The notes below the pieces were generated by a model that saw only the letters and a program-made list of their open reading frames with translations, searched no databases and was not told where the DNA came from. Made by a program: the position numbers and the translations under genes. A stretch of DNA of 64,000 nucleotides from an uncultured Gemmatimonadales bacterium (lineage in GTDB: Bacteria > Gemmatimonadota > Gemmatimonadetes > Gemmatimonadales > GWC2-71-9), in assembly GCA_963779755.1 (NCBI GenBank), contig CAVZZO010000001.1, positions 1,472,001 to 1,536,000 on the forward strand, in the 5' to 3' direction. Numbering within the stretch: position 1 is the stretch's first letter; the number at the start of each line of letters is the position of its first letter. Below are positions 40,501 to 49,794 of the stretch, in pieces.

Positions 40501-41717
40501 GATCCGGTGAGCTGGATGTCGAGCGGCCCCCTGCCAGCGAGCGCCGCGTCAACCTTCAACCGGAGCCGGGCCAGGCTGTCGCTGTTCCAGGCAAGCTGCT
40601 TCCCCCGGGCGGTGGCGCTGACGCGCGGCGCCGTTCGCGACCCGGTGAGCGAGCCCTGCGCGGCGAGACTACCGGCGGCTCCGTTCACCAGCGTGCCCAG
40701 CCGGCCGGCGCCGGCCCGGAACGCGAGGGACAGGGTATCGCCCGCGTAGCCGGAGAGATCCAGCCGGGCCGTTCCCCAGGCGGCGCTGAGGGAGGGGATG
40801 CCAATGGCGGTGGTCGAGTCGGGCGTGTTCCCCAGCAGGCGCAGGGTGCCGGTGCCGCTCAGCAGTTGGTGGCGCAGGCTGCCGGTGACGGTGTCGATCG
40901 CCACCGTGCCATACACTCCGGTGCTGTCCTTCCTGCCTTTCACTCGCGCGCGGAACGCCAGCACGCCGGGCCAGCGCGCCGGGCGGCCCGTGAGCAGGCC
41001 CGGCTCAAGCTCATGGCCCGCCACCGCGAGGTTCCACGAGATGCCGGGCCACCAGGTCACGTCGCCGGTGGCCAGCAGCCGTCCCCGCAGCAGGGGTACG
41101 ACGGCGGTATCGAGGTGGATCTGCGTGAGGCCGCCCGCACCAACCAGCCCGATCCGCAGCGTATCCAGCTGCGGCATGGAATCGAACTGCGGCAGCGACA
41201 GGGCCAGACTGGCGCGAATCTCGTAGCCGTCGGCGGGGCCGCTTATCCGCGCTTGTCCCTGTTCCACCGCAATGCCGCCCGGCGCGCGTACCGTGAAACC
41301 CCGGACGGTGGTGTTGTGCATGACGATACCGACCGGCAGGCTGGGCTTCCGGGGTGGTCCCTCGCTGGGCGGTGTCGAATCGGGAATCACCACGTGCAGC
41401 CCCACCAGGTGCAGCGAATCGATTCGTACCTGTTTCCGCAGCAGGCCGAAGGGACTCCAGTCAAACAGCAGGCTGTCGATGGTGATATCGGCGCTGGCGG
41501 TCCTGAGCCGCACGCCGCCCAGCGCCAGGGGGCCTCCCAGGTCGCCGTGGATGCGGGCGATGGCCAGGGTCGTATCGGCGGCGACCGCCCGGTGCAGGGC
41601 CCACTGAAGGATCCGGTCGCTCTTGAGGGCGATCCAGAGCACCACGAGCAGCAGGATCACCAGGCTGCCCAGGACGATCCCGGTCCACTTGAGGACGCGC
41701 TTCACGCCCCGGCTCAC
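37521..41717 (-). CDS. tamB: Translocation and assembly module TamB
   Basis: N-terminal anchor; long beta-taco-like repeats; DUF490-like C-terminus (YKAYGQDL..G...F.G....NP.L.I.A, GKYLSPDLYVSY). Confidence 0.88.
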   Translation of the reverse strand: MSRGVKRVLKWTGIVLGSLVILLLVVLWIALKSDRILQWALHRAVAADTTLAIARIHGDLGGPLALGGVRLRTASADITIDSLLFDWSPFGLLRKQVRIDSLHLVGLHVVIPDSTPPSEGPPRKPSLPVGIVMHNTTVRGFTVRAPGGIAVEQGQARISGPADGYEIRASLALSLPQFDSMPQLDTLRIGLVGAGGLTQIHLDTAVVPLLRGRLLATGDVTWWPGISWNLAVAGHELEPGLLTGRPARWPGVLAFRARVKGRKDSTGVYGTVAIDTVTGSLRHQLLSGTGTLRLLGNTPDSTTAIGIPSLSAAWGTARLDLSGYAGDTLSLAFRAGAGRLGTLVNGAAGSLAAQGSLTGSRTAPRVSATARGKQLAWNSDSLARLRLKVDAALAGRGPLDIQLTGSDAVAGPVHLDTVDLTVRGSRTSHRVRLRALGPRTTATLAAAGALEPGGWSGTVDSLRLYDPVLGRWRLSRPAALAVASGADTLSRLCLVSRDSTPAHLCAAGRFASADQWQVTTSLDSFPMALIDSVLPDSMLGTRQGFTGTLSGKLTASARGGRLSARGTLHTAGTAFVYPLSPSDTALQQVVFDTATLALDAGAQGLESTLRLALVAPDRSPVGHLTASLTLPQYHNLHQELMTQPVQLRLTGEMVNLAVTRAFTSRLDSLTGDISLEAQADGTVRAPDIRGQLALTKMTAWLGENRVARGTVNATLAGRIDSTRQLAGSLTVVPRGVIYEYPIAGIKRQVVVDSGALRATADTGMHARLALGFSDINHAPLGTLQATLALPEYRRLGAPLGPEPVDLRLDTDLRQLAILQALTARFDTLQGRLALHATVSGTVATPQIRSTLAVDHLLALLPQGARITGGMEGELRADVAPDSSITGFFRLVPRGLAISGADTSSTARVALADTGVMVRVDSAGLDGNLTLLFADEGGARVGRITGTLRLPQYTRVGPPVAQQPLTARVDGQVQELGFLAGFTAQVDSLDGSARLALRADGTVKHPHASGSLSLDSVSARLPLLGVLYHDLNLTAQADSSGALSLHASLWSDPGQIVITGTSPLHPTVEEPAHLHVQGTGFEAINTPEVHALISPDVNATMAGDSINIQGTLKLPLVAVHLTETPESSVPPSDDVVFVGDSAPPPSSGWRIASRLEIILGDSVTFQGFNFTTELGGRLQLAQSPGRTPTASGELVIQQGHYKAYGQDLTVQNGQVRFAGGPVTNPTLAIEATRTAADSTVAGLRITGTLQNPQVNIFSNPAMAQDRALAYLVTGHAPGEAGGSNGTLVGKAVNAAGLRGGNFLAKSVGSALGLSSAKVQTSGDLQQASFVAGKYLSPDLYVSYAIGLFSPVSTVRIQYQITRHWTLQAERGGTTGADILYKTERGQIGFPGRTGTGSGP

Positions 41718-43582
41718 AGGTCGGGCCCCATGCGGAAGTGCAACAGCCAGGGACTACCGCCCAGGCTTGCCGGGCGATTGAGCGTATAGGCAAAGTCGAG
41801 CCGGATGAGCCCGACCGGCGAGATCCAGCGGATACCGGGGCCGATGCTGTAGCGCAGGGTGAGCGGGGTCCAGGAACTGAGGGCGTTGCCCGCATCGGTG
41901 AAGCCGGCGATGGCCCAGCGCTTGAGGAAGCGGTAGTCCATCTCCACGCTGCCGGCGAGGAGCACCTGGCCGCCCACGGGCTGCCCGGCCGCGTTCCGGG
42001 GGCCCAGGGTCTGGAAGCGGTAGCCCCGGATGGTCTCGTCGCCTCCGGTGAAGAACCGGATGGAGGGCGGCAACTGCAGGAAACTGCCGGTGAAGACCTG
42101 GCCCGCGTCAAGCCGCAGCAGCACGCGCGCACGGGGGGTGAATCCGTAGACCAGCTTGGCCCCGCCATCGACGCGGAGGAACGAGGTGTTGGAGAGCAGC
42201 CCCTGCCGGCTGCCCTTGATCTCACCGTGCACCCGGAAGCCCCGGGTGGGAAAGACCGTGTTGTTCGTGCTGGAGCGGTCGTAGCCCAGTCCCGCCACCA
42301 GCATGGTGGCGACGCCGGTATCGGGGCCGACGGTGAAGGCCTCCCGCTGATAGGTGAGCGAGAGATCCTCGTTCCAGCCGAAGCGCTTCCGGGTGAGCCT
42401 CCCGCCGACGATGAAGGTATGGCTGTTACTGATGGTCGGATTGAGAAAGGCGTAGCCGGCCAGCAGGGTCAGGGCGCCGGTGGGATGCAGGACCCCGGGA
42501 ATGACGTAGCGGCCGGAGATGCTCTGCTGAATCGTCGACCCGATCACATCGATCTCGGCGTTGTGGCCGCGGCGATTGAGGCGCCGGAAGCGGGCAGTGG
42601 CACGGCCCCGCGGGCCGTTGTCGGTGCCGTAGCCCACCCCCACCTCGTAGGCCTGCGGCGGCAGGGGCTCGAGAATCACCTCGACAGGCACACGGGTGTC
42701 GACGGCCTGCTCGGGGTGGGGAATGACCTGGATGCTGGCGAAATAGGGTTCCGCCATGAGCACGCCCTGCAGCTCGTTCAGCTTGCGCTGCCGGAACACT
42801 TCGCCCTGCCGGAAGGGAACGCGCCGCGCCAGGAAGGCCGAATCGAGAATGTCCTGCCGGAAGGTCACCGGCCCGAAATGCATGAGTGGGCCGGTATGGA
42901 ACCGGACCACGATACTGGCGGTGTCGGCCGTGCTGTCCACCAGGATGACGGTGCTGTCGAGCCCGGCATCGAGGTAGCCGCTGTCGGTGGCGACAGTGAG
43001 CAGACTGAGTTTCGCCGCTTCGTACCGCAAGTGGCTCAGGGTGTCCCCCTGCTGCTGGCGGAAGAGATCGGCCGCCTGCTGGATGCCGGGCTCCTCCGCC
43101 CCCGGCCCGGTGACCTCCACATCCACCCGGCGCACCATGGTGGCCGGCCCGGGGTGAATCAGATAGCGCGCCGTCCAGGTATCGCCGTCGAGCGACAGGG
43201 TGCCATGGATGAGGGGCTGATAGAACCCGTAGGGCTGTAGCGCCAGCCGGATCTGCCGGTTGCCACCACGGTACAGCTGGCGGATTCGGGATGGAGGAAG
43301 CTTCTCGCCTTCATCGTCGGCGCGTGCCAGGGCCAGGAGGGCCCGCACATTGTCCCGGACGTCGCCCTCCACTCCCTCGATCTGCACCCGCACCGGCGCG
43401 GTCTGGGCCTGGAGCGGGGCGGACCGGGCGAGCAGCAAGGGACCGACGGCGAGTATGACAGCGAGGGCAATGCGGAATCCCAAAGGCTTCTCCGTGGCGG
43501 AAGTCCCATCAGCGTCGGCGGTCCGGCCCGCTCGGAGACGGTCTCCGGCTGTCATAATGCGATACAGCGCACCCGACTGCAC
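41714..43582 (-). CDS. tamA: Translocation and assembly module TamA (Omp85 family); start uncertain
   Basis: POTRA ALQPYGFY; GYGTDNGPR; RFFTGGDETIRGY; GIRWISPVGLIRLDFA; coupled to tamB. Confidence 0.9.
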   Translation of the reverse strand: MQSGALYRIMTAGDRLRAGRTADADGTSATEKPLGFRIALAVILAVGPLLLARSAPLQAQTAPVRVQIEGVEGDVRDNVRALLALARADDEGEKLPPSRIRQLYRGGNRQIRLALQPYGFYQPLIHGTLSLDGDTWTARYLIHPGPATMVRRVDVEVTGPGAEEPGIQQAADLFRQQQGDTLSHLRYEAAKLSLLTVATDSGYLDAGLDSTVILVDSTADTASIVVRFHTGPLMHFGPVTFRQDILDSAFLARRVPFRQGEVFRQRKLNELQGVLMAEPYFASIQVIPHPEQAVDTRVPVEVILEPLPPQAYEVGVGYGTDNGPRGRATARFRRLNRRGHNAEIDVIGSTIQQSISGRYVIPGVLHPTGALTLLAGYAFLNPTISNSHTFIVGGRLTRKRFGWNEDLSLTYQREAFTVGPDTGVATMLVAGLGYDRSSTNNTVFPTRGFRVHGEIKGSRQGLLSNTSFLRVDGGAKLVYGFTPRARVLLRLDAGQVFTGSFLQLPPSIRFFTGGDETIRGYRFQTLGPRNAAGQPVGGQVLLAGSVEMDYRFLKRWAIAGFTDAGNALSSWTPLTLRYSIGPGIRWISPVGLIRLDFAYTLNRPASLGGSPWLLHFRMGPDL

Positions 43583-43684
43583 TGTGCTGAGTCACATCGG
43601 CGGTGTGATACCGGTACAAGTCCGCTTGGTGCGTGCAAGACGAGGAGGCAAGGCTCCCGCATACTGGTGCCGGGAGGTAGAAAC

Positions 43685-44683
43685 ATGTTCGAGAGGACGC
43701 TTGTCCTCGCCGCGGCCGCCCTGATACTGCTGGCGGGCTGCGGCGGGAGCGATGGTATGCAACCCACCCCCAAGCTCCAGGCCGCCAAGGCCTCACAAAG
43801 CGGGGATGGTCAGAATGGCACGGTCGGGCAGGATCTGCCGAATCCGCTGCAAATCATCGTCACCAGCGATGGACAGCCGGCCCAGGGAATGACGGTGACC
43901 TGGTCGGCCTCCGGTACCGGGGCGGCGATAGCGCCGGCCACCACCACCACAGGCACGGACGGATTGGCTGCCGCCCAGTGGACGTTGGGCCAGGCTGCGG
44001 GGACGCAGATGGCCCAGGCCACCGTGTCCGGCGCCGCGGGGTCGCCGGTGCAGTTCACCGCCACGGCGGCGCCCGGCGGGGCGGCCACGCTGGCCGGAGT
44101 TTCGGGCGATGGCCAGACCGCCGAGGTTGGCCAGGCGCTGGCGAACCCGGTGGTCGTCATGGTGACCGACCAGTTCGGCAACCCGGTGAGCGGGACCGCG
44201 GTACAATGGGCCGTGACGGGCGGCGGCGGAACGGTGAGCCCAGCGTCGGGCACCAGCGACGCCCAGGGGCGGGTGAGCGCCACCTGGACGCTGGGGATGA
44301 CGGTGGGGCCGAACGCGGCGCAGGCGAGCGCCGCCGGGCTGGCCGGATCGCCGGTGGGTTTCCTGGCCTCGGCGGTGGCGACGCCGCCCCCGCCCCCGGC
44401 CATTACCATCACGGTCCGCAACAATTTCTTCGACCCCGCTGTGGATACCGTGGCCGCCGGGGGCACGGTGACCTGGAATTGGTCGAGCGGCACGGTGCTG
44501 CACAGCGTCACCTCGACCGGACCGACCAGCTTCACCAGCGATCCCGCCGGGGCGGTCGCGAGCCCGCACAGCTACGGCCCGATCACCTTTGCGACCCCCG
44601 GCACCTATTTCTACTACTGCACGGTGCACGGCGCCGCGGGTAATCCGCCGAGCGGCATGGCGGGTACCATCGTGGTGCGCTGA
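43685..44683 (+). CDS. Lipoprotein with two Ig-like (Big_1-type) repeats and a C-terminal plastocyanin-like cupredoxin
   Basis: Lipobox LAGC; two SGDGQ...VGQ.L.NP repeats; NNFFDP..V.AGGTVTW, HSV, YYCTVH...M (type-1 Cu ligands). Confidence 0.85.
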   Translation: MFERTLVLAAAALILLAGCGGSDGMQPTPKLQAAKASQSGDGQNGTVGQDLPNPLQIIVTSDGQPAQGMTVTWSASGTGAAIAPATTTTGTDGLAAAQWTLGQAAGTQMAQATVSGAAGSPVQFTATAAPGGAATLAGVSGDGQTAEVGQALANPVVVMVTDQFGNPVSGTAVQWAVTGGGGTVSPASGTSDAQGRVSATWTLGMTVGPNAAQASAAGLAGSPVGFLASAVATPPPPPAITITVRNNFFDPAVDTVAAGGTVTWNWSSGTVLHSVTSTGPTSFTSDPAGAVASPHSYGPITFATPGTYFYYCTVHGAAGNPPSGMAGTIVVR

Positions 44684-45532
44684 GTGCGCGCCGGCGGTGC
44701 ACTGCTGATCTTGCTGCTGGCCGCAGCGGGGCGGCTTGCGGCCCAGGCCGACTGTTTCCCCCCCGCCGATTCGCACGAGGCCCAGGTCTTCGGTATCCTC
44801 TCCGTGCCGATCGCCTTCAGCGCCGCGGGCCCGCCGGAGCAGCTTGCGCCGGGCCGGTTCCAGGTGGGGCTCGAAGCGTCCTACCTGCCGCGGGTAGACC
44901 GCACCACGGCGACGCCGACCATCTGCCGCCCGGGCAAGGGGCCGGAGCACGTCAACCTCCTGCCGGGCTTCCTCCGGCCGCGGCTGGCGGCGGGGCTGCC
45001 GGGCGGCTTTGAGGTGGAGGTTGCCTGGGTGCCTCCGGTCCGTGTCCGCGAGGTGGAGGCCAATCTGGTCAGCCTCGCGGTGGCGCGGGCGCTGGCGCGG
45101 GGGCGTCTCGGGTTGGCCCTGCGCGCCCATGCCACCTTCGGCGTGGTGCACGCACCGGTGACCTGCGACGATGCCGCGCTGCAGGATCCGGCCAGCGAAT
45201 GCTTCGGGGGGACGCGCTCGAACGACAGCTTTCACCCCAATATTCTGGGCATCGAGCTGCAGGCGAGCCAGAGGATGAACGGCCGCCTCGCGCTATTCGG
45301 CGCGGTGGGCTACAACCGCCTGCAACCGCGCTTCCGGGTTAACTTCACCAATCAGTTCGGCACCACGGACCGGCGGCGGGTCTCGGTGGATCTGGACCGC
45401 CTCGCCCTCTCGGCGGGCGTTCTCCTGCGCCTGGGCGCCGGGTTCGGCCTGGTGTCCGAACTGTACGCGGTGCCCGCCGATGCGGTGACGGGCCGGCTGG
45501 TCGTGCGCCGGCAGCTGGGAGGCTCGCCATGA
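44684..45532 (+). CDS. Hypothetical exported protein, probable beta-barrel, four Cys
   Basis: Signal peptide; amphipathic beta-strand pattern; abuts both neighbours. Confidence 0.65.
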   Translation: MRAGGALLILLLAAAGRLAAQADCFPPADSHEAQVFGILSVPIAFSAAGPPEQLAPGRFQVGLEASYLPRVDRTTATPTICRPGKGPEHVNLLPGFLRPRLAAGLPGGFEVEVAWVPPVRVREVEANLVSLAVARALARGRLGLALRAHATFGVVHAPVTCDDAALQDPASECFGGTRSNDSFHPNILGIELQASQRMNGRLALFGAVGYNRLQPRFRVNFTNQFGTTDRRRVSVDLDRLALSAGVLLRLGAGFGLVSELYAVPADAVTGRLVVRRQLGGSP

Positions 45533-46158
45533 AGACCATCCGCGCGCTCGCCGGCCTGCTCCTGGCGCTGGCGCCGGCGGCTGCGGGACAGGAGCCGGCG
45601 TTACCGTCCGCGGTGGTGGGCCAGGGAACGCTCAGCTTCGATGCGCACGCCTCGCTGGGCGACTTCACCGGCCGGACCGATTCGGTGCGTGGCTGGATGA
45701 GCGGCGGGCGGGTCCGGGATGTCCGGGGTTGTGTCTCCGCACCGGTCGGCTCGCTCACCACGGGTAACGGCCACCGCGACCGCGACCTGAACAAATCCAT
45801 GGAGACCGGCCGTTTCCCCCGGATGTGGTTTGCGCTGGCCGAAACGGTCCCCGCCGCCCCCACCGCCGACTCGCAGCAGGTGGCGCTGATCGGCGATTTC
45901 ACCATCCATGGGGTCACCCGACGCGACACCCTGGCGTCGGTACTCACCCGTGCGGGAGACACCCTGCACCTGCACAGCGATTTTCCGTTAAACGTGAAAG
46001 ACTACGATGTCGGGGGGCTCAGCAAGATGCTGGGAATCCTCAAGATGGACGAGCATATCGTGGTGCACGTGGATCTGGACTTCCTGCCGGCGGCCGATTC
46101 GATTTCCACCGATTGTCCGCCCGCCATCGGCGGGGTTGGCCCGGGCCAGGCAGATTGA
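45529..46158 (+). CDS. YceI-family (polyisoprenoid-binding) protein
   Basis: LSF.AH....F.G, SLTTGNGHRDRDL, GDFTIHGVTR, F.L...DY.V. Confidence 0.88.
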   Translation: MKTIRALAGLLLALAPAAAGQEPALPSAVVGQGTLSFDAHASLGDFTGRTDSVRGWMSGGRVRDVRGCVSAPVGSLTTGNGHRDRDLNKSMETGRFPRMWFALAETVPAAPTADSQQVALIGDFTIHGVTRRDTLASVLTRAGDTLHLHSDFPLNVKDYDVGGLSKMLGILKMDEHIVVHVDLDFLPAADSISTDCPPAIGGVGPGQAD

Positions 46159-46262
46159 AGGGTCCACAGAGGAGGTGCTTCACCTCCGCTTGAGCCCGAG
46201 TCCGGCCCCGCGACGCGCTGACGGGCGGACTCTGCTCCAGCGACGAACAGCGGTTCTGTGGA

Positions 46263-46817
46263 TCACACCTGCATGGGCTGGGGCTGGGGCTGGATCATAT
46301 GACGGATCCGGGATTCCAGCGCCTCCCAGTCGGTGAACTCCCAGTCGCGCGAGGTGTCGGTGGGCCGGCCGGTCCGGGAACTGATGCGTCGCATGATCCA
46401 GCGGGTAATCGGGCCGTAGCGGGTATAGGTCACCGCGCCCGCAACCGAGGTGACATGGCGTGGCTGCCAGCCGGTCTCTTTCAGGAACCGCTGGACATAT
46501 TCCCGTGCCTCCTGTCGCCCGCCCTCCTGATTGCCCGCCAGCGCCCCGCAAACCGAAATGAAGATCGACGGCATGGCGTTGAGCTGCGGCGCAAAGCGGC
46601 GGACGAAATCCCGGAGATAGCGCTGGTGCCGGCCGAATTTCACGGAGCCGGCAATGATGACGCCCTCGAACGGCTCCAGGCTCACCAGCGGCGGCAGGGC
46701 GTCACCCCGCCAGATGGTGACCTGCCGCCCCTCCCGGCGCAGTGTGGCAGCCACGCGCTCCACCACCTTGGCGGTGTGTCCGTAGGAGGTGCCGTACACA
46801 ATCAGATATTCAGACAT
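46263..46817 (-). CDS. hemG: Flavodoxin-domain protein, HemG-like (menaquinone-dependent protoporphyrinogen oxidase)
   Basis: IVYGTSYGHTAKV, IIAGSVKFG.H, AGA..Y..Y, DTSRDWEFTDWE. Confidence 0.7.
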   Translation of the reverse strand: MSEYLIVYGTSYGHTAKVVERVAATLRREGRQVTIWRGDALPPLVSLEPFEGVIIAGSVKFGRHQRYLRDFVRRFAPQLNAMPSIFISVCGALAGNQEGGRQEAREYVQRFLKETGWQPRHVTSVAGAVTYTRYGPITRWIMRRISSRTGRPTDTSRDWEFTDWEALESRIRHMIQPQPQPMQV

Positions 46818-46890
46818 TTCGTCAGGCTCCCCTGGGTTCCCGTGCAGACTAGGGGCGGGTCCATGAAGCGGCGCTGAATGGCCAATGAAA

Positions 46891-47004
46891 CCCACCGATG
46901 ACACCGATGACACAGGGGTGTTCGGCGTTATCCGGTGCCGCCGGGGCAGGTGAAGGCGGCCCGGATTCTCTGCGTAATCTGCCTGACCGGTGTAATCTGT
47001 GGAT
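46891..47004. repeat. Second nonamer-repeat-bounded inverted element
   Basis: ccaccgatgacaccgatgacac ... tctgcgtaatctgc ... ccggtgtaatctgtgg; 46969-46982 is the exact reverse complement of gcagattacgcaga at 28961. Confidence 0.65.
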
Positions 47005-47496
47005 ATGGCGGCCCTTCTTCTGATCGTCTTCCTCCTCACCGGGCTCGTCCTGATCCCGCTCGGGCTCCCCGGCCTGTGGGTCATGCTGCTGGGGCTGCTG
47101 GGGTATGGCTGGCTTACCGGCTTCCGCACTGTGGGGGCGGGGATCATTCTCGCCGCCCTGGCGCTGGCGCTGCTGGGCGAACTGGTGGAATGGTGGGTGG
47201 GGTTCCGGTTTGCGCGCCGCTACGGCGGGTCGCGCCGGGCGGGCTGGGGCGCGCTGGTCGGAGGGATCGTGGGGGCGATCGTCGGTGTGCCGGTGCCGGT
47301 GATCGGGAGCGTGATCGGGTCGTTCGTGGGAGCGTTCGCCGGGGCGGTGGTATTCGAGTATTCCCGGGAACAGCACGGCCCCGCCTCGCTGCGCGCCGGT
47401 TGGGGCGCCCTGCTGGGGCGGGCGGTGGCGGCCGGGGCGAAGACGGCGTTCGGGGTGGGGATCGCGGTCCTGGGCGTGTGGGCGCTGTTTCGGTGA
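47005..47496 (+). CDS. DUF456-family membrane protein
   Basis: LIPLGLPG.W, ARRYGGSRRAGWGALVGGIVG, G.F.GA...E. Confidence 0.85.
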   Translation: MAALLLIVFLLTGLVLIPLGLPGLWVMLLGLLGYGWLTGFRTVGAGIILAALALALLGELVEWWVGFRFARRYGGSRRAGWGALVGGIVGAIVGVPVPVIGSVIGSFVGAFAGAVVFEYSREQHGPASLRAGWGALLGRAVAAGAKTAFGVGIAVLGVWALFR

Positions 47497-47649
47497 CCTG
47501 CTGCCGGCAGACCGCCTGAGTACCCCGCCTGCCGGCTGGGGCGCATATTGGAACGCGGCAGGGAGCTTGCGGCCCGGGGGGCACCCGGGGCAGAATCCAA
47601 CGCTCCCGCAAGAGCGCACCCCCCCCTCTTCCCTCTGGAGGATCGTACC

Positions 47650-48186
47650 ATGCGGACTCGTATGCTTGTCCCGGCCCTGGGTGGCCTGCTGCTGTTACCG
47701 GCGGGCCTGGCGGCGCAGGGGAACCCGGTCTCCGACGCGCTGCGCCATGAGCTGGCCAGCGCCAAGCGCAATATGGTCGCGGCCGCCGAGGAGATGCCGG
47801 CGGACAAGTTCGGCTTCAAGCCGACCGACGCCCAGATGAGTTTCGGCCAGCTGGTGCTGCACGTGGCCGGCTCCAACGTGTTCATGTGCAGCTCGATTTC
47901 GGGCAAGAAGAGCCCCGAGGCTGCCAAGCTCGACGCGAGCGCGCCCAAGGAGCAGTTGATGCAGCGGATCAAGGACTCGTTCGCCTTCTGCGAGTCGGCA
48001 CTGGGCGGGGTGACGGATGGCGATCTGGGGGGGCAGGTCCCCTACTGGGGCAAGTCGACCGTGTCCCGCGCCACCGCCATGATGGGCCTGGCCCAGGACT
48101 GGGCCGACCACTACGGCCAGCAGGCCATGTATCTCCGGCTCAACGGCCACCTGCCGCCGACCGCCAAGCGCGGGGACGACATGTGA
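47650..48186 (+). CDS. Exported DinB-family protein
   Basis: AAEEMPADKFGFKPT...MSFGQLVLHVA, DHYGQ..MYLRLNG.LPP. Confidence 0.85.
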   Translation: MRTRMLVPALGGLLLLPAGLAAQGNPVSDALRHELASAKRNMVAAAEEMPADKFGFKPTDAQMSFGQLVLHVAGSNVFMCSSISGKKSPEAAKLDASAPKEQLMQRIKDSFAFCESALGGVTDGDLGGQVPYWGKSTVSRATAMMGLAQDWADHYGQQAMYLRLNGHLPPTAKRGDDM

Positions 48187-48198
48187 TCCCTCCCGGCG

Positions 48199-49758
48199 TC
48201 ACCGCTCGGCCGGTTTCAGCCGCAGGTCCTGGAAATCGAAGCTGAAATCGACCGAAGGCGAGGCCGGTGCCATGCGCACTTCCGCGATGCTGCCATCCGG
48301 GTCGAGCCTGAATGTCACGAAGGCATCGGCCCGGAGCTCGCGGTCCCGCCAGCGGGCCAGGAAGGTGTCGTACTGCCAGTGCGTCAGGTCGCCCACCAGG
48401 GCGGGCGTGTGCGAGAACCGGATCACCAGCCGCCCATCCTCCAGCGCAATACCGACATCGCCGTACCATGGGTCGCGATAGGTCCCGGCATACCGCTCGA
48501 GCGGGAGTGACGGGCCGGCCGTGCTGTCGCGCGCGGTCGCGGCCCGGGCATCCGCCGCGGCCGTCAGGGAGTCCTGCCGGGCCCGGATCCGCTTCCATCC
48601 GCCACGCCAGTCGAAGCTGGCTCCCAGGTAGTGGTCCAGCACCTGGAGCGCGATCGCCTCCATGGCCGGGCTCTCGGAGTTGGTCAGCACCGCCACGCCG
48701 AGGTTGAGGTCGGGGATCATCATGACGCGGGAGACGTAGCCGGGCAGGCCGCCGGAGTGATTGACCAGCTTGTGCCCCCGGTAGTCGCGGACAGCGAGCC
48801 CCAGGCCGTAGCCGGAGAACTGCGGCTGCAGCGGGGCCAGCTCTGCGGGGTAGCGCCCGGTAGGGATGGGCGTCACGATCTGCCAGAGCTGCCGGGTGGT
48901 GGCGGGTGTGAACAGGCGCACGCTGTCGTGGACCCGGCCCGAGTCGAGCTGGGTGATGAGCCAGCGCGCCATGTCCACCGCGTTGGAGACGATGCCGCCG
49001 GCGGGGTTGGTATTGTCGCTGTCGAACGGCTTCACCGGCTGGAGGGTACCGTTCACCTCCGCATGCGGTGTGGCCACATTGCCTCCGCCCGCGGCCGCCC
49101 GGTGGCGGACCTTACTCTCCGTCATCCCCACCGGCTGGAGGATGCGGGTCCGCACGAAGTCCTCCCACGACATACCGCTCACCGCCTCGATCACTTCGCC
49201 TGCGATGAGATACAGCACGTTGTCGTAGGCGTAGGCGCTGCGGAAGCTCGTCGCCAGCGGAACGTATCGGAGCCGCCGGGCGATGCTGTCGCGGTTGTAG
49301 GTGGACGAGGGCCACCACAGCAGGTCGCCCGCTCCCAGGCCCAGCCCGCTGCGGTGCACCAGCAGATCGCGCACGGTGATCTCGTGCGTCACGTATGGGT
49401 CGGAGAGCCGGAACCACGGCAGGTAGTCGATCACCGGGGCGTCCCACTGAACCTTGCCCTCTTCCACCAGAAGGCCCAGCGCCGTGGCTGTGAACGCCTT
49501 GGTGTTGGAGGCGATGCCGAAGAGTGTGTGCGCGTCCACCCGGTCCGGTCGGCCCAGGGTGCGCACCCCATACCCTCGGGCCACCACCACCTGTCCGTCC
49601 TTGACGATCGCCAGGGCCAGTCCCGGGACCTCGAAGTCGTCCATGACCTGACGGACGTAGGTATCGAGTCCGGCTGGCGGGGCAGGGTGCTTGGCCTGCG
49701 GCCGGGCGGTGGCCGGCACCAGGAGGAGCACGACGGCGGGGCAGAGGATCCGGCGCAT
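48199..49758 (-). CDS. Serine hydrolase, beta-lactamase family with DUF3471-like C-terminus
   Basis: FGIASNTK (SxxK), YDN (YxN), HSG, YAGTYRDPWYG. Confidence 0.92.
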   Translation of the reverse strand: MRRILCPAVVLLLVPATARPQAKHPAPPAGLDTYVRQVMDDFEVPGLALAIVKDGQVVVARGYGVRTLGRPDRVDAHTLFGIASNTKAFTATALGLLVEEGKVQWDAPVIDYLPWFRLSDPYVTHEITVRDLLVHRSGLGLGAGDLLWWPSSTYNRDSIARRLRYVPLATSFRSAYAYDNVLYLIAGEVIEAVSGMSWEDFVRTRILQPVGMTESKVRHRAAAGGGNVATPHAEVNGTLQPVKPFDSDNTNPAGGIVSNAVDMARWLITQLDSGRVHDSVRLFTPATTRQLWQIVTPIPTGRYPAELAPLQPQFSGYGLGLAVRDYRGHKLVNHSGGLPGYVSRVMMIPDLNLGVAVLTNSESPAMEAIALQVLDHYLGASFDWRGGWKRIRARQDSLTAAADARAATARDSTAGPSLPLERYAGTYRDPWYGDVGIALEDGRLVIRFSHTPALVGDLTHWQYDTFLARWRDRELRADAFVTFRLDPDGSIAEVRMAPASPSVDFSFDFQDLRLKPAER

Positions 49759-49794
49759 GGCGACTCCTGGTGGAAGGCGGGGAATGCCGCCAGC

